This document shows, one piece after another, positions 10,093 through 21,866 of a DNA stretch of 64,000 bases. Source of the DNA: Ophelia neglecta (lineage: Eukaryota). The first letter of the stretch is position 1; every line of letters begins with the position of its first letter. The translations under genes and the position numbers were made by a program. The stretch lies in NCBI GenBank assembly GCA_965285935.1, contig OZ260661.1:121086001-121150000 (forward strand), read 5' to 3'. The notes below the pieces were generated by a model. The model was not told the DNA's origin. It did no database searches and worked only from the letters and a program-made list of their open reading frames with translations.

Positions 10093-10912
10093 CTCCCATC
10101 ATCTTCGTTGATGTTTAATAATCTCAATTGATTAAAATTGCTATGCTGATACGTATGATTGCATAGATTAACGGAAATCGTGAAAATGTTATAGATGGAG
10201 TTTTTATACATAAGGGGTGGAATCTGATGGAGACGGCTCTGGCGGGTGAGAATGTGTAAGAGTATTATTTTCATTCAATCTAACAAATGCAGTGGTCACC
10301 ACATTGTACACAATGATGAAAGATTAAAAAAAGTGTTATTTGTTCCTAATAAATGTTTGAAATCATGTCTGAGGTCTGTTGATTATGTCATAATGTCTCG
10401 CTGTGTTTTCTTTCATAAGTTACATTATAAATCTTTTAAAAGTGTAAGAAGCATTTGTGCAGACATACCCATAATATGCGAACGAAAACACGGTTTATTG
10501 CATAAATGATGCGATCGATCCGATGCTTACGAAAACACGGTTTATTTTATTCGAACATATGTGTTGTATCATATATCTATAGCTAGGCCTATATCTATAT
10601 ATTATAGCATTATCCCATTCAAGTCATTCAATGTATAAATATATACACCTGTTACGAAATAAAGTATCATTCACATTATTCTTTGGCAGTGGATTACAAT
10701 GTTCCGATCACGTTCGGTATTTATCACAGATGCGCTTGTAGCAGGTAGAAAAGACGCCTTTCCCAGGTTGAAGTCTTCTGGCTCCGACGCCCACTCGGTT
10801 CTCTGTCTTGATTGAGGCACCCGACAGTTTCTCGAGTTCAAATTAAGAGCTTGGGCAGGAATGGAAAAAATAAGGCTGAAAGTTACGTTCCATAACCCAG
10901 ACAAATGGCTGC

Positions 10913-13900
10913 TCACGGAGGTTGTCGGATGTACTTTATTCTAGCGAAATGTTTTTTCTCCAGTGGGGCACTGAAGTGTAAGTCTATATTTCCATTTTTA
11001 GAGGGAAGACACACATCTGAACCTATCCAAAAAGAGAAATATTAGATAATTCATTATTTATTATTACACCTCAAAAAAAAATCAATCTTTTCGAAAAATA
11101 GTATTTCGATTTCATGTTGCTTTGGAATATATCTTCAGTGGTGCAAAAGAAACCCACCTTCTTCTGGCAGCACGATTGCTTTGTGCCGCCCTTCAGTGAT
11201 ATCCGTTAGGTTGCTGATGGCGTTCACAATGCTGCTGTGTAGACAAAGGGTAAATTCGGTGGCAACCATCTCATGCCGGAAGTGTGCTAGGAGTACTCCG
11301 TGAGGGTAGTACCACCACACCTCTCCGCCAGGGCACGCCGGGCGCGGAGCTACTTCCTGTATCTCGGGCAGAGCAGACGATATGGAGGTTCTACAAATAA
11401 AAAGGTTTATATAAAATGGGTCAGAAAGCATTGAGTAAACTAAGAGCAAAATTGGTTTGCTGAAAAAAAAATGTTGTGCAAACTCATAGTTTAATAGTCT
11501 AAATTCACAATTGTAAATATAAAATGATGTATAATAAGTAGGCCTAAATGACATGTAAATTATTGCGGCCTCTGGGACACAAACTCAACTAACAAAATGC
11601 GATAAAAAAAGCTTAGAGGAGTACCATTTGGTTTCATTGCAAGTTTCTTTCAAGGCAGTGCCTATTTAGGTTCTATCACGGGTTATATATGTTACGTTAT
11701 AGGTCTTTAATGTTCATAGAGACTGTTTGACGATTAATCATATCATTCCAAAGGTTGGACAGACACAGTCATTTATTTCATGTAGGTTTGCATGTATCTA
11801 CTTTAAGAAATCCGTGTATGTATATATATATATATTTAACAAAAAAAGTCCCCGGCACTGAGACAACCTAAGTCCTTATTCTATTTATTTCCGAGAGTAA
11901 ATACAGCTAATATTGTCAGTTTTTAACATGTTTAACATATCCATGTAGATTCAGAACAAATGCACATAATGTATAGAGAGCTCAACATGATATCTGAGAT
12001 TAGTATTCACACAAAAGTAATTTTCGGGTCTCCATTATCTGTATAAATACACTAGAGCCCTAGAATAGCCGTGAAGCCCAAACGCAAATATTTGATTTTA
12101 TAACGCCAAGGTAAAGTCAGAACCTGTTTAAATTCTCCTGCGAAGTCATTTTAAACTGAACACCGAATGTACCGGGGTATGTCACAACAAACTGCGCTTT
12201 GCCCATTAACGTTACCTATGAAATAATGTTCATTGAAGAATGATGTCTTAGTCTTTTCCCTCCACCTCCTTGGGTTTCTTTATACTTCACCCCATTCTTC
12301 GGTCCGGGACCATATCAAAAGTACACAGAACAGGAGTAAAATAGAGTATGACTTTGATGTATATATATACATCATTTATTTATTATTGTATTTCCTTGCG
12401 AAAGTATGTTATTTGTAAACACAGATTTTCTTTTGAACTGCCACATTCATTCCAAATGTTTAGCTCATTTAGCACATGATTACAAAACTTAGCTAAGCCG
12501 TAATCGTTATTCTGCCCCTCCTCCCTGTCGAAATTTGTTTACTTGACAAATATAGCAATCGTCGTTTAATTTTAGAAATGTATCCTAAGGATATTTCCAA
12601 TATTAATGTGGATTTAAACCCTGTGCTTCAGGGCGACAGCGTGTGTAGCGTCTGACCTTACTATTGTAAATGTGTAACATCATCTTTCAGTTTTTGACAT
12701 TCCGAGACACAAGCTTTGTTGCCACCTATCTGGTTTATATTGGATTGAAAAGTCTGAGCACCGGCGCAAATAAGAAAGAGTGGTCTGAACTGACGTGTAC
12801 CAGGACGGCGACAGCGCTCAAGCACTGTTATGAATACTAATAACCTTTATGCAAAGCGTTGTGTTGAAGCAATTTTCAGGGGTCTTTTTCAGGTCAGATT
12901 ATGCAAATGATTGAAACAATGTGTTAGCAATTTAGGCGAGGCATGTTTTGCTGAAAAGGAGAAAGAATATTGGCTCTCTAAGCCCCCTATGCCCATTGCA
13001 GTATTAAATTTATAAATACTTACCTTACTTTTATTCAGCATATTCATTTATTTAGCTTTAATACTTTTTCCTTTTATGTGAGCAACGTTAACACCCGGTT
13101 TGTACCAGGCAATCAATTGAAACCAAAGATCAGAATTTATGACTTTATGATGGAAATTTTATTTCATTTTTTTATGTTCCAAGTGACTGTTTTGCTGTTG
13201 TTCGCACTTAATAAACTCCAATCGCTCGGCAGTTAAATATGAAAATGGTTTTCTAAGCTCAACTATATTACCGCTTTCTATAGTCCTTGATCAGGTCAAA
13301 AACTCAGCCCTGGGATATATTACCTAATCGGGGAACTACATGAGTGGTTTAAGTATGTGGTATACAGCAAGTCCTGGAAATGGTCTGATTACTGTTCTTA
13401 CACTTTTAGCCGGTGATAATGGAGAAATGAATAGGTCTAGTCTCGACTGTTATGTACTCCATGACATGGCAATAAAGATATGGGAACTAAGCTACCCCTG
13501 GGAATATTCAGCATTAAACTGCAACGGCATATACTTATTTTCCTATATATAACTTTTCATTTCTATTTTCCGTTTATGGTGGAAGTCAATAAACATCCTA
13601 TTCCCCGATCGTAGTGAGACATAAAACCGTTTTCTTCCCAGTTCTGGTACTATAGTATATTTAATTGATTCTAATAACATGCATGATGGCATGGTAGACC
13701 TATAAGCATGATTCCAATAACATGCATGTTGGTTTGCCAGAAACGCATTATTCGAATACCATATGGGCCTATATTAGCATGGTTCTAATAACATGTGTAT
13801 TGTTAGGCCTATATGCATGGTTTTAATAACATGTACATTAATATACCTATAAGCATGATTCTAATAACATGTACATGTATATTGGTAGGCCAATAGGCAA

Positions 13901-16900
13901 CGGTTAAATGTATAGACTCAAAAAACACAAGACCTGTAAAACAAATTTACCTCCAACAACCCTCATATGAACATATTATATTCATAAAAAATGTACCAGT
14001 ATTAGTGCAAAATTATATTTTGCCAAGGCCAAAGTATACCAACTAATAGAGCGCTCTTTATTACAGTGGTGTAAAAATTAGAATCGGTCGGATATTTATG
14101 ATATGTTCTGAACTAGTCGGCCCCCTTTGTTCATCCATGCGACTCCGTGACATTTTCGTCAGGTAATCAGATATCGTGTTTCAATATTCCTTGTTATTAT
14201 TTTGTACCCAATGGCCGACAAGACGAGAGAAACATTACCTCCATAAAGATCCATGTAAGATACGACAAAACGGTCGTAATTATAGGGTACTGTGATTAAA
14301 AAACCCGTGTGCGCTTATATGATATTCTATCATAAGTTTAATGATACATAGGAAAACCCACCCCAATGGCATTGGACGGCGCCTGCCTGGCTTAAATGTG
14401 GTTTAAAACATAATAGGTTACACGATAAACAAATGTATGTTAGAAGTCTGTAGCCCAGGAGACCTTAACTAGTGCGTAGAGTGGACCTCCCCTGTAGGAT
14501 TTCACAAACTAGGATATACCTGTAGCTTGTTGTCTAGCAAAAATGGAAATAAGTCTACATTAAAAAATGGCAAAATAAATGGATCGATTTGAGGCGTTTG
14601 AATAGCAAAGCACTCTGTCGGTGATAGTCACGTACACAAATTCTATACTAAAGAAGTATATTTGGCATACCTATTGGGCCTTCTCTCTATCATATTTTAA
14701 AGAAGCACATATAGTTTCATTTTGATAAACTTATGTTTTTAAGAAGCTGAATTTATTCAGGTTTCTAAAACAAAAGGCTTAGGTCTACTAAGTAAAATGT
14801 CGCAAATCGAGATTGTAACGAAGCCTTTATCATGCCTAATGTATTTAAAGTGACCTAATTAAATGTTCTTGTCAATGAACGAGAATGGTAAGCCGAACAT
14901 TAGACATTATTCAAAGACTTGTGAGAAAGTAACGGGAGGTATATTAGTTGATTTGGAAATTAACGTTGAAATAAAGCTTACCAGTTCTGATAGTAATAAG
15001 CAAAGTATACACAGATATTTGTACGTTTAGTGTTCTATATATATAAATATGAATGTATCTACCATAGTAATTAAGTAACAAGGTGATTTTTTGTCGTCTG
15101 CGTTTTTTCTGGTGTCACTGTAAGGTATAGCAGTGGTTGTATTGTTGTCATTCCAACTGGTATAACGAAAGGTTATTTATGAATGTACCAGAAATTCCAA
15201 GCAAAAACTTCTAAAAATGGCTTTAATAGATCTGTCAAATTGCACGCTTTGTCGTGCCGTAAGACTTTGTTGTAAAGTGGCTAAGTGACATGTGTTTTGT
15301 TACATCGGCGCTTAGAATTTTCATAGGTGAAGGGACATAATAAATGAATTGTCAAGCAACAATTTCGAATATTTCATGCATTGCTATAAACCCATTACAT
15401 ATAGTCTTGATTTGACCGTATACTATTAGGGAAATTTTGTATATCTATTTATTATTAAACATAAACAAATATATAGGTACATAATAACCTTGCTCACAGT
15501 GGTTTTCGAATGTCGGTAGCATTTCTGTATGTGTAAGCATAAAGTGTAACCTATTAAAATACTTTTCTTAGACCTGACCTGTAGATGAGTTACTGCATGG
15601 TCTATAGATATTTTAAAACACATTTTAAACCGCGTTTGCTAGGAGACGCAAGACCACTCTACTATAGGTTGTAGGTATAATATAATCGGCCTGGAAAATG
15701 AAACATTAATTTATTATGAAATAAACATAAATAATATATGGTTTCGATCTAAAATACTAGGTTATACATTTATCGATATCACCAGAGGATTTTATTGTAG
15801 GATTCTAATTACCCCCCTGTTATCTATTGTGTAAACAGGCTTAGTCCTACGATCGGGACATAAATATTTAACGCTTATTACGCATGCTCAACAACGAACG
15901 CAGACTATAGGGTTAAGCTTACTAGCCAACTAATCATTTTGTACTTATGTGATATAAAAAGAAATAGTATTCATAAAAAAAGGATACGCCTTAATAAACG
16001 TTCAGCATATAGATTAAAGTTAATCGCATTAATAACAAGTGTTCCTGGCAAATACCGCCATTCTTAAGTCGGGTATATAGGCATACAACATATAGTTGGA
16101 AAGAAACCCGTTTAGTTGATGTAGCATGCAAACTGACTTGTGAACTTATATAAACTATTGGGTATGGTATGAAGTCCCGTATGTAAACTACTAAGTGAAT
16201 AAAACCCATGTCCGACAATATATAGCCCCTTGCCAGTGGACCCGTATACATTCGAGCAGGTGATGAACTTTGACGATGTGTAAAGATATTGATTTGCTGT
16301 TGACAGGTGGGCAAATATTTTATCAATTTGCAATTATTCAATGATTATACAAGAATAATCAACGGCGCAATTTATACAGTCAGTGTTTTAGGACTGAATG
16401 GCGGCCCCTGAAATTGATTTCTCGGTCGTCTGCTCATCGTCGTGCACTTATATCATTTATAGCGGCTGTGACCGGCAAAATAATTAATAGGCTAGTGTTT
16501 TGACTCGTAGAAAACTTTCCTGATTCGATTATAATATCAATGGATACAGATGAGACATCCGGGCGCTGTTATATATATCTATATATCTATATATCATATA
16601 TATAATATTTCGTCAATCCTCCCATATAAATATATCAATACAAAATAATGTCCTGCTACCGTGCAGCTTTTTGTTGCTTGCATTACCTTTATATATAGTC
16701 CACTAGTATGAAACCATGCAGGTTTTATAAAGAACGAATGAACTAAATGGGCGAAACTTTAAGTGGAATGACCACATACAGAGAGTCAAATATATTCAAA
16801 GGTTTTTAGCGATTTATTGTTACAGTTGTATACCGTAAAATCTGACATTATTAGTCATATCAAAGAAATGATAACAAAGAAGCAACTGGCCTTGTATTGA

Positions 16901-18641
16901 ATAATATGTTTAAAGGGGTGGGCTGGAGATAAAACATTAAACGTTGATTTTCCAGAGCTCAAATAACATGCAAAACAAAAGAATCATGATGGCCAAAATC
17001 ACCCGTAATCCTTTTTGCAGAATGCCAGTCAACTCGGCCCTCTTCAAGCTCGGCCCCCTTCAAGCTCGGCCCCCTGCATACTCGGCCCCTGCATACCTGC
17101 CTACTACTACAAAGTCGGCCCTTACAAATGTTTGTGATATCAATGTTCATAATATACATGCCTCTTTCTGCCTACCAATATAATAACTATATTTATATCA
17201 ACTCGCAGAAATATTGCTTCATTTTCCCCGATGGGCAATAAAAAGGTGCCGTTGACGACACAAGGCGGCCTTCCTTTTGTCAGCAAACCATCATGCATGC
17301 ATTTGTCAGTTTACCATGATTTTGAAATGTTATTTCCAGATTTTGATGTTAACGGCACCTATTATCGCCCATCGGGGAAAACGAAGCATTGATTCTGTGA
17401 ATTGATATAAATAGAGTAATTATATAGGTATGGCAAGAGAGAGGCATGCATATTATGAACATTCAACCAATCAACATGTGTAGGGGCCGACTTTGTAGTA
17501 GTAGGGGGCCGAGCTTGAAGGGGGCCGAGTTGACCTGTTACCTGACTAACGCCACCACCACAATATAGCTTCCTGTACGTTGTATTGCGGAAAATTTAAA
17601 CCAGCATTGGAATTATGTATACATGTGATATGATTCCGTCCAATCTTTACGGCGTTGATCATTTTTCCAATAAACGTTGGCGACATGTGGAATTTATTAG
17701 TCTGTAAATACCAAGAAAATTAATCTAACGCGGGTATATATTGATTTTCTAACAAACCTCCATCACTTTATACCGAACGGATAGTGCCTATCGAAGTAGA
17801 ATCATTGGTAATATGCGTTTCAATTCTCGGTTAAATAACTATGATCGCAATAATTCATATACGTATTCTCATGTAATTTCAAAGCAATATTGAATTTATA
17901 GGATCCAACAATCGACATTTGTCAGTGAATGCGAGATAAATATCATATGTTCCACTGGGGTGAATAAAAGCTTGATCTCAATCTTGTGCTGATCTTTTTC
18001 TAGCTAGTTTGATTCGACATATTTTTTTTCGCACTAACAGATGCGCCAAACATACATGAGGCCCACACACATAAATAAAAATGTCCATAAACAAATATTC
18101 TAGATGTTTTATGTAATATAATGATGTCAATTTCGGTTTAATTGACAGTTGAGACAGGTGATGACTAGCATGTATTGGCAATGCCCAGGTAACAGGTCCT
18201 ATTCGTCACTAACACAAGGCTAGACACTGGGCTACACACAAAATTTAGGCGAACCACCTTGTCATGCAAGATGTCACTGTGGTATTCTTTCTGTGGCAAA
18301 CCTTGTTTGACAGTTATCATTGATTTTGGCAATTCAGTTAGTTGCCTTCAAATTTTATTTTAATTCTTGCAAAGCATATTTTATTTGTTTTTGAAGTCTC
18401 CGAAATTGATACGCATAGAATTAAAGAAAAATATAATTAATTGAGAAATAGCGTATCACCGTATAAAACAACATTGAATAAGAAAATTGCAATTAGAAAC
18501 AGAACAGTCCTACCTCCAAATGCAATCCTGCATAGTGTGTGATCCAACTGTCCTTTGAAATACCAACAAAATAGTCAGAACGAAGACGTGTGTGCTTGAC
18601 AGTTTCTTAAGACAGCTGAGGTAGTTTCTTGTCCATCCCAT
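10913..18641 (-). CDS. Secreted meteorin/METRNL-like protein, N-terminal domain only (~156 aa, 3 coding exons)
   Basis: Exons 18641-18514, 11390-11158 and 11022-10913 have GT-AG sites and matching phases (2, 1). Spliced product: MGWTRNYLSCLKKLSSTHVFVLTILLVFQRTVGSHTMQDCIWR-TSISSALPEIQEVAPRPACPGGEVWWYYPHGVLLAHFR...FTLCL...LPEEG-SDVCLPSKNGNIDLHFSAPLEKKHFARIKYIRQPP*. The CxW, CxxGxVxWxYPxGxL and four-Cys pattern recalls meteorins. An alternative in-frame ATG lies at 18689. Confidence 0.72.
13668..13890. repeat. Degenerate minisatellite (~35-45 bp unit)
   Basis: Recurrent TTCTAATAACATG...CCTATAAGCATG, about 6 copies. Confidence 0.75.
17028..17534. mobile_element. Palindromic (foldback) MITE in intron 1 of the meteorin-like gene
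   Basis: Imperfect inverted arms of ~200 bp (GTCAACTCGGCCC...GGGCCGAGTTGAC; TTTTCCCCGATGGGC/GCCCATCGGGGAAAA) with subterminal CTCGGCCCC repeats. Confidence 0.85.
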
Positions 18642-20449
18642 CTTTGCTGCAGTGTTAATGCTACGTAATCTAAATCTCCGATTTGACATCCTCGTCTTAT
18701 TCAATGCATTTTCTTGCAGGTTGTGAAAATAACAGCGATTCTGTATTATTTTATCTGTGTAAAGGCACAAACAGTTTGTTCTCCAATGTACTGGCATATT
18801 GATTGCTCAAACGCTACACTATTGTGCATGCCAATAGGAGAATCCACACAAAATAGATATCAAAATATAAATTTACTATGACTTGCTGCCATTCCCAGAA
18901 TCTGCTCCACTATATTTGTAAATCCGATAATTGAAATTATATAATTGTGCATGGACCAAGAGTGACACTATTAAGCTGTCTTTGTATGAATACCACTAAA
19001 GGTGGAGTAGTCATCCATTTACAATAATGTCCCACACATTAAGAACTAACCGAGCTTTGTGAGTGAAAACATCATATGCCTAAGTCACACCACCTGTCGC
19101 CGATGGCTTTGTGGCGCGTTGACATGGCGCGGTGCACATTTCTAACATTAGGCCGGTGTGAGAACGCCCAGCCTTAAGTGTTTGAAGGAGCCGGCGGTTC
19201 CCATCGCGTGAAACCCATGTTTACCGGTTATGTGTGCCCTGAACACACACCCCTAATCCCCCACAATGCGCCACAATCCCTAACACAAGCAATTCCTATA
19301 GAACAAACACACAAGGAAGATGAGCTAACATTGTCTCTGGCGCTGGTTCTCACACACGCTATACGTGGACTTACAAGAGCCCCAATCGCCGCGTCGATCT
19401 AGTCTAACTGTTTGTTACTTATATGCCGATTGTAACGTTAGCTAAATAATATACGTTTGTGACTTGCTGATAGGGCCTATCTTTTATCATGTAACATTCA
19501 AAATGGATGTTAATACATCTGAGACTTTTTTTTTTGAAACCTAAGGCCTAAAGTAACGTTGTTAGTTACTGCTATTCGTGGTTCAGACTTGAACCAGAAC
19601 TACTTTTAAAGCTTACAAGCCCGTGTTCGTGTCCTTGATAAATTTTACGGCATTGTTTCAATTTTATTTGCAGTATATTGTAATGTTTATTATTGGTGTC
19701 TTTTCTACAAAAGCACAGATTTTGCATCATCGCAATTCCAAATATGTTTTGGTATGGTTTGCCATACTTTGACGTACCAATCCATGAAAATGTCATGTTC
19801 CTCAGGTACAAAGGGAGAAACATCAGGTATGTAACTTAGAATGTGCTCTACTAGTTCACCCTCGCTCAAATTACACAAATACACCTCAATAATAACAGGA
19901 AGTGTGCTCAATCCAACCTTCACATAAACATACCGTACGTTTAACAATGTCATCAACTGTTTTTCACGGAGATCGCAATGTCATCGTGCGTAGCTTGGAA
20001 TAGGGTACATATGGGCGAAATCCTGTGCGCAATTCATGAGGACCCGGTTTTTTCTCCCATACTGCCAGACCCTGGCTGGTAATGGCGGAGAGCCACTCGT
20101 TGAGGTATTTTTCTTGGAGTTTAAGCCATCTCGATAGTTTTGGCTCGGCGGCAAAGTTATAGCCCCATCACCGTTTGCTTTTGTATTCACAGCCTTCAGT
20201 AACACATTTGACCATGCAGACTGTCTTGGTCGGAAAACGGCATAAAATCTGTGGGCCACTCTATCAGACGGCCATCAGACCATAATAGTGAAGAAGCTCA
20301 ACACAATCGGCTACAAATGCGTTGTCCGCTCCGTATGTGCTTGCAATTTTAGTCCATAGCCATTGCAGGACTACTCCCTAGTCATGAGATGTATTTCGTT
20401 GCAGGAAAGAAGTCAGAAGCATGTGAGAAGTTAGGAATAATCCAGAATG

Positions 20450-21330
20450 AAGAATACGGGCGTATCACCATTATATTTTTTCACCTATAAGAACATATGT
20501 TTGAGGGTCGTCTCACAAATCCTTTACGGTACCAAAATTGTGCAGCAATGCTACTAACCACAAAAAAGTCAATCTCAGTTACCTGATACAGCTGAAATCA
20601 TGCCTATTGTGATAGACCACCAAGCTAAACGGACCACTCCAGTACCTGTCAACATTACCAAACATTCTTCCAAGCCTTTGAATATACCCTCCAGGGCTGT
20701 GATTACTGAACTTTTACCGGTTTCGGTACAACCACTAGTAGATATACCAAAGAAAAATGAGAGCTACAAATCTCTTATCTGAAAACCTGGATCTCACGCA
20801 TGATGCAGAAGTATATGCCACCACTGAAAATGAATTTTATGAATTTTAAGAATTTCATAAGGCAAGGCATGGTCCCATATATTTTCCAAGAATTCCAGAG
20901 ATGTTGTCTGCCATCCTGATGTGAAAAATTAGACCCACTTTACAGAGAAACATCCGATTAAAGGATACTCTACCAGAATACCACAAAAAATTATGAAAAA
21001 CTAAACCCACATCTAACAGACATGTTAGATGCAGGACTAATTGTAAAATTAAACAGCCCTTGGTCTTCAAATATCGTCATGGCACGCCACAAGAATGGTT
21101 CCTTACGCGTCTGCATCGACTATCGGAAACTGAATTTACGCACCATCCCACCGCTTATGCAATGCCTAGCTTGGAAGATTCTATGAATGGAATCGTATGG
21201 CATTTGGTCTTCCGAATGCACCAGCAACTTGTCAACGCGTAATGGAAGATATGTTGGGCGATTCGAACCATAGAATATGTGTGTTATACCTGGATGATAT
21301 TATAGAGTTCTCAGGCACAGTTTGAGGAAC
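20450..21330 (+). pseudogene. Decayed Gypsy pol fragment (post-protease linker + RT)
   Basis: Frame-disrupted motifs PVNITKHSSKPLNIPSRAVI, GSLRVCIDYRKLNLRT (~21097-21145) and VLYLDDII (~21280-21305). Confidence 0.8.
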
Positions 21331-21489
21331 ATTTGGTTTACTGACGAGTATGTACAAGCATAGATATGTATAATCCATAGATTCGCAGCTGCCATTGGCG
21401 CCATTATAAGGCCTTAGTTTTAAATGGTGAGATACATGCTGTAGAAACAGTCCGATGTGATATAGACAACGGTCTAAGTACATTCAGAA

Positions 21490-21830
21490 CAGTAAAAGCT
21501 GAGATTGCAGTCTACAATGGTGTAGTGCTTAGATTAGTTTTACCTGATATTTTGGAGGCAGAAAGCAATTGCTTTTGCTCATTTTGGCCACCAGGGTCTT
21601 GAGAAAACCGACAATTTGCTAGGGGAGAAAGCGTGGTTTCCAGAAATTGACAGATTGGTTGAACCTACAGTTAGAAATTGCGGTTGCCAGCTAGTAAGTA
21701 GTAAACGCATATCCCCTGAACCATTAAGACCATTAAGACAACTCCACTGCCAGAAGCACAATGTACAGAAGTATCAGGCGACTTTAAGGGACCATTGCCA
21801 AGTGGTGAATGTAATACTATCAGCAGATAT
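21490..21830 (+). pseudogene. Decayed Gypsy integrase zinc-binding (HHCC) fragment
   Basis: AHFGHQGLEKTDNLLGEKAWFPEIDRLVEPTVRNC. Confidence 0.75.
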
Positions 21831-21866
21831 TAACTATGTTTCTAGTCTAATATTTTTGGATACTTT

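Noticed and set aside
12661-15065. Candidate extra exons for the meteorin-like gene (~12661-12725, ~14984-15065)
   Set aside because: Splicing them in gives a TAA or a phase mismatch; the 18641-18514 exon fits both phase and family motif.
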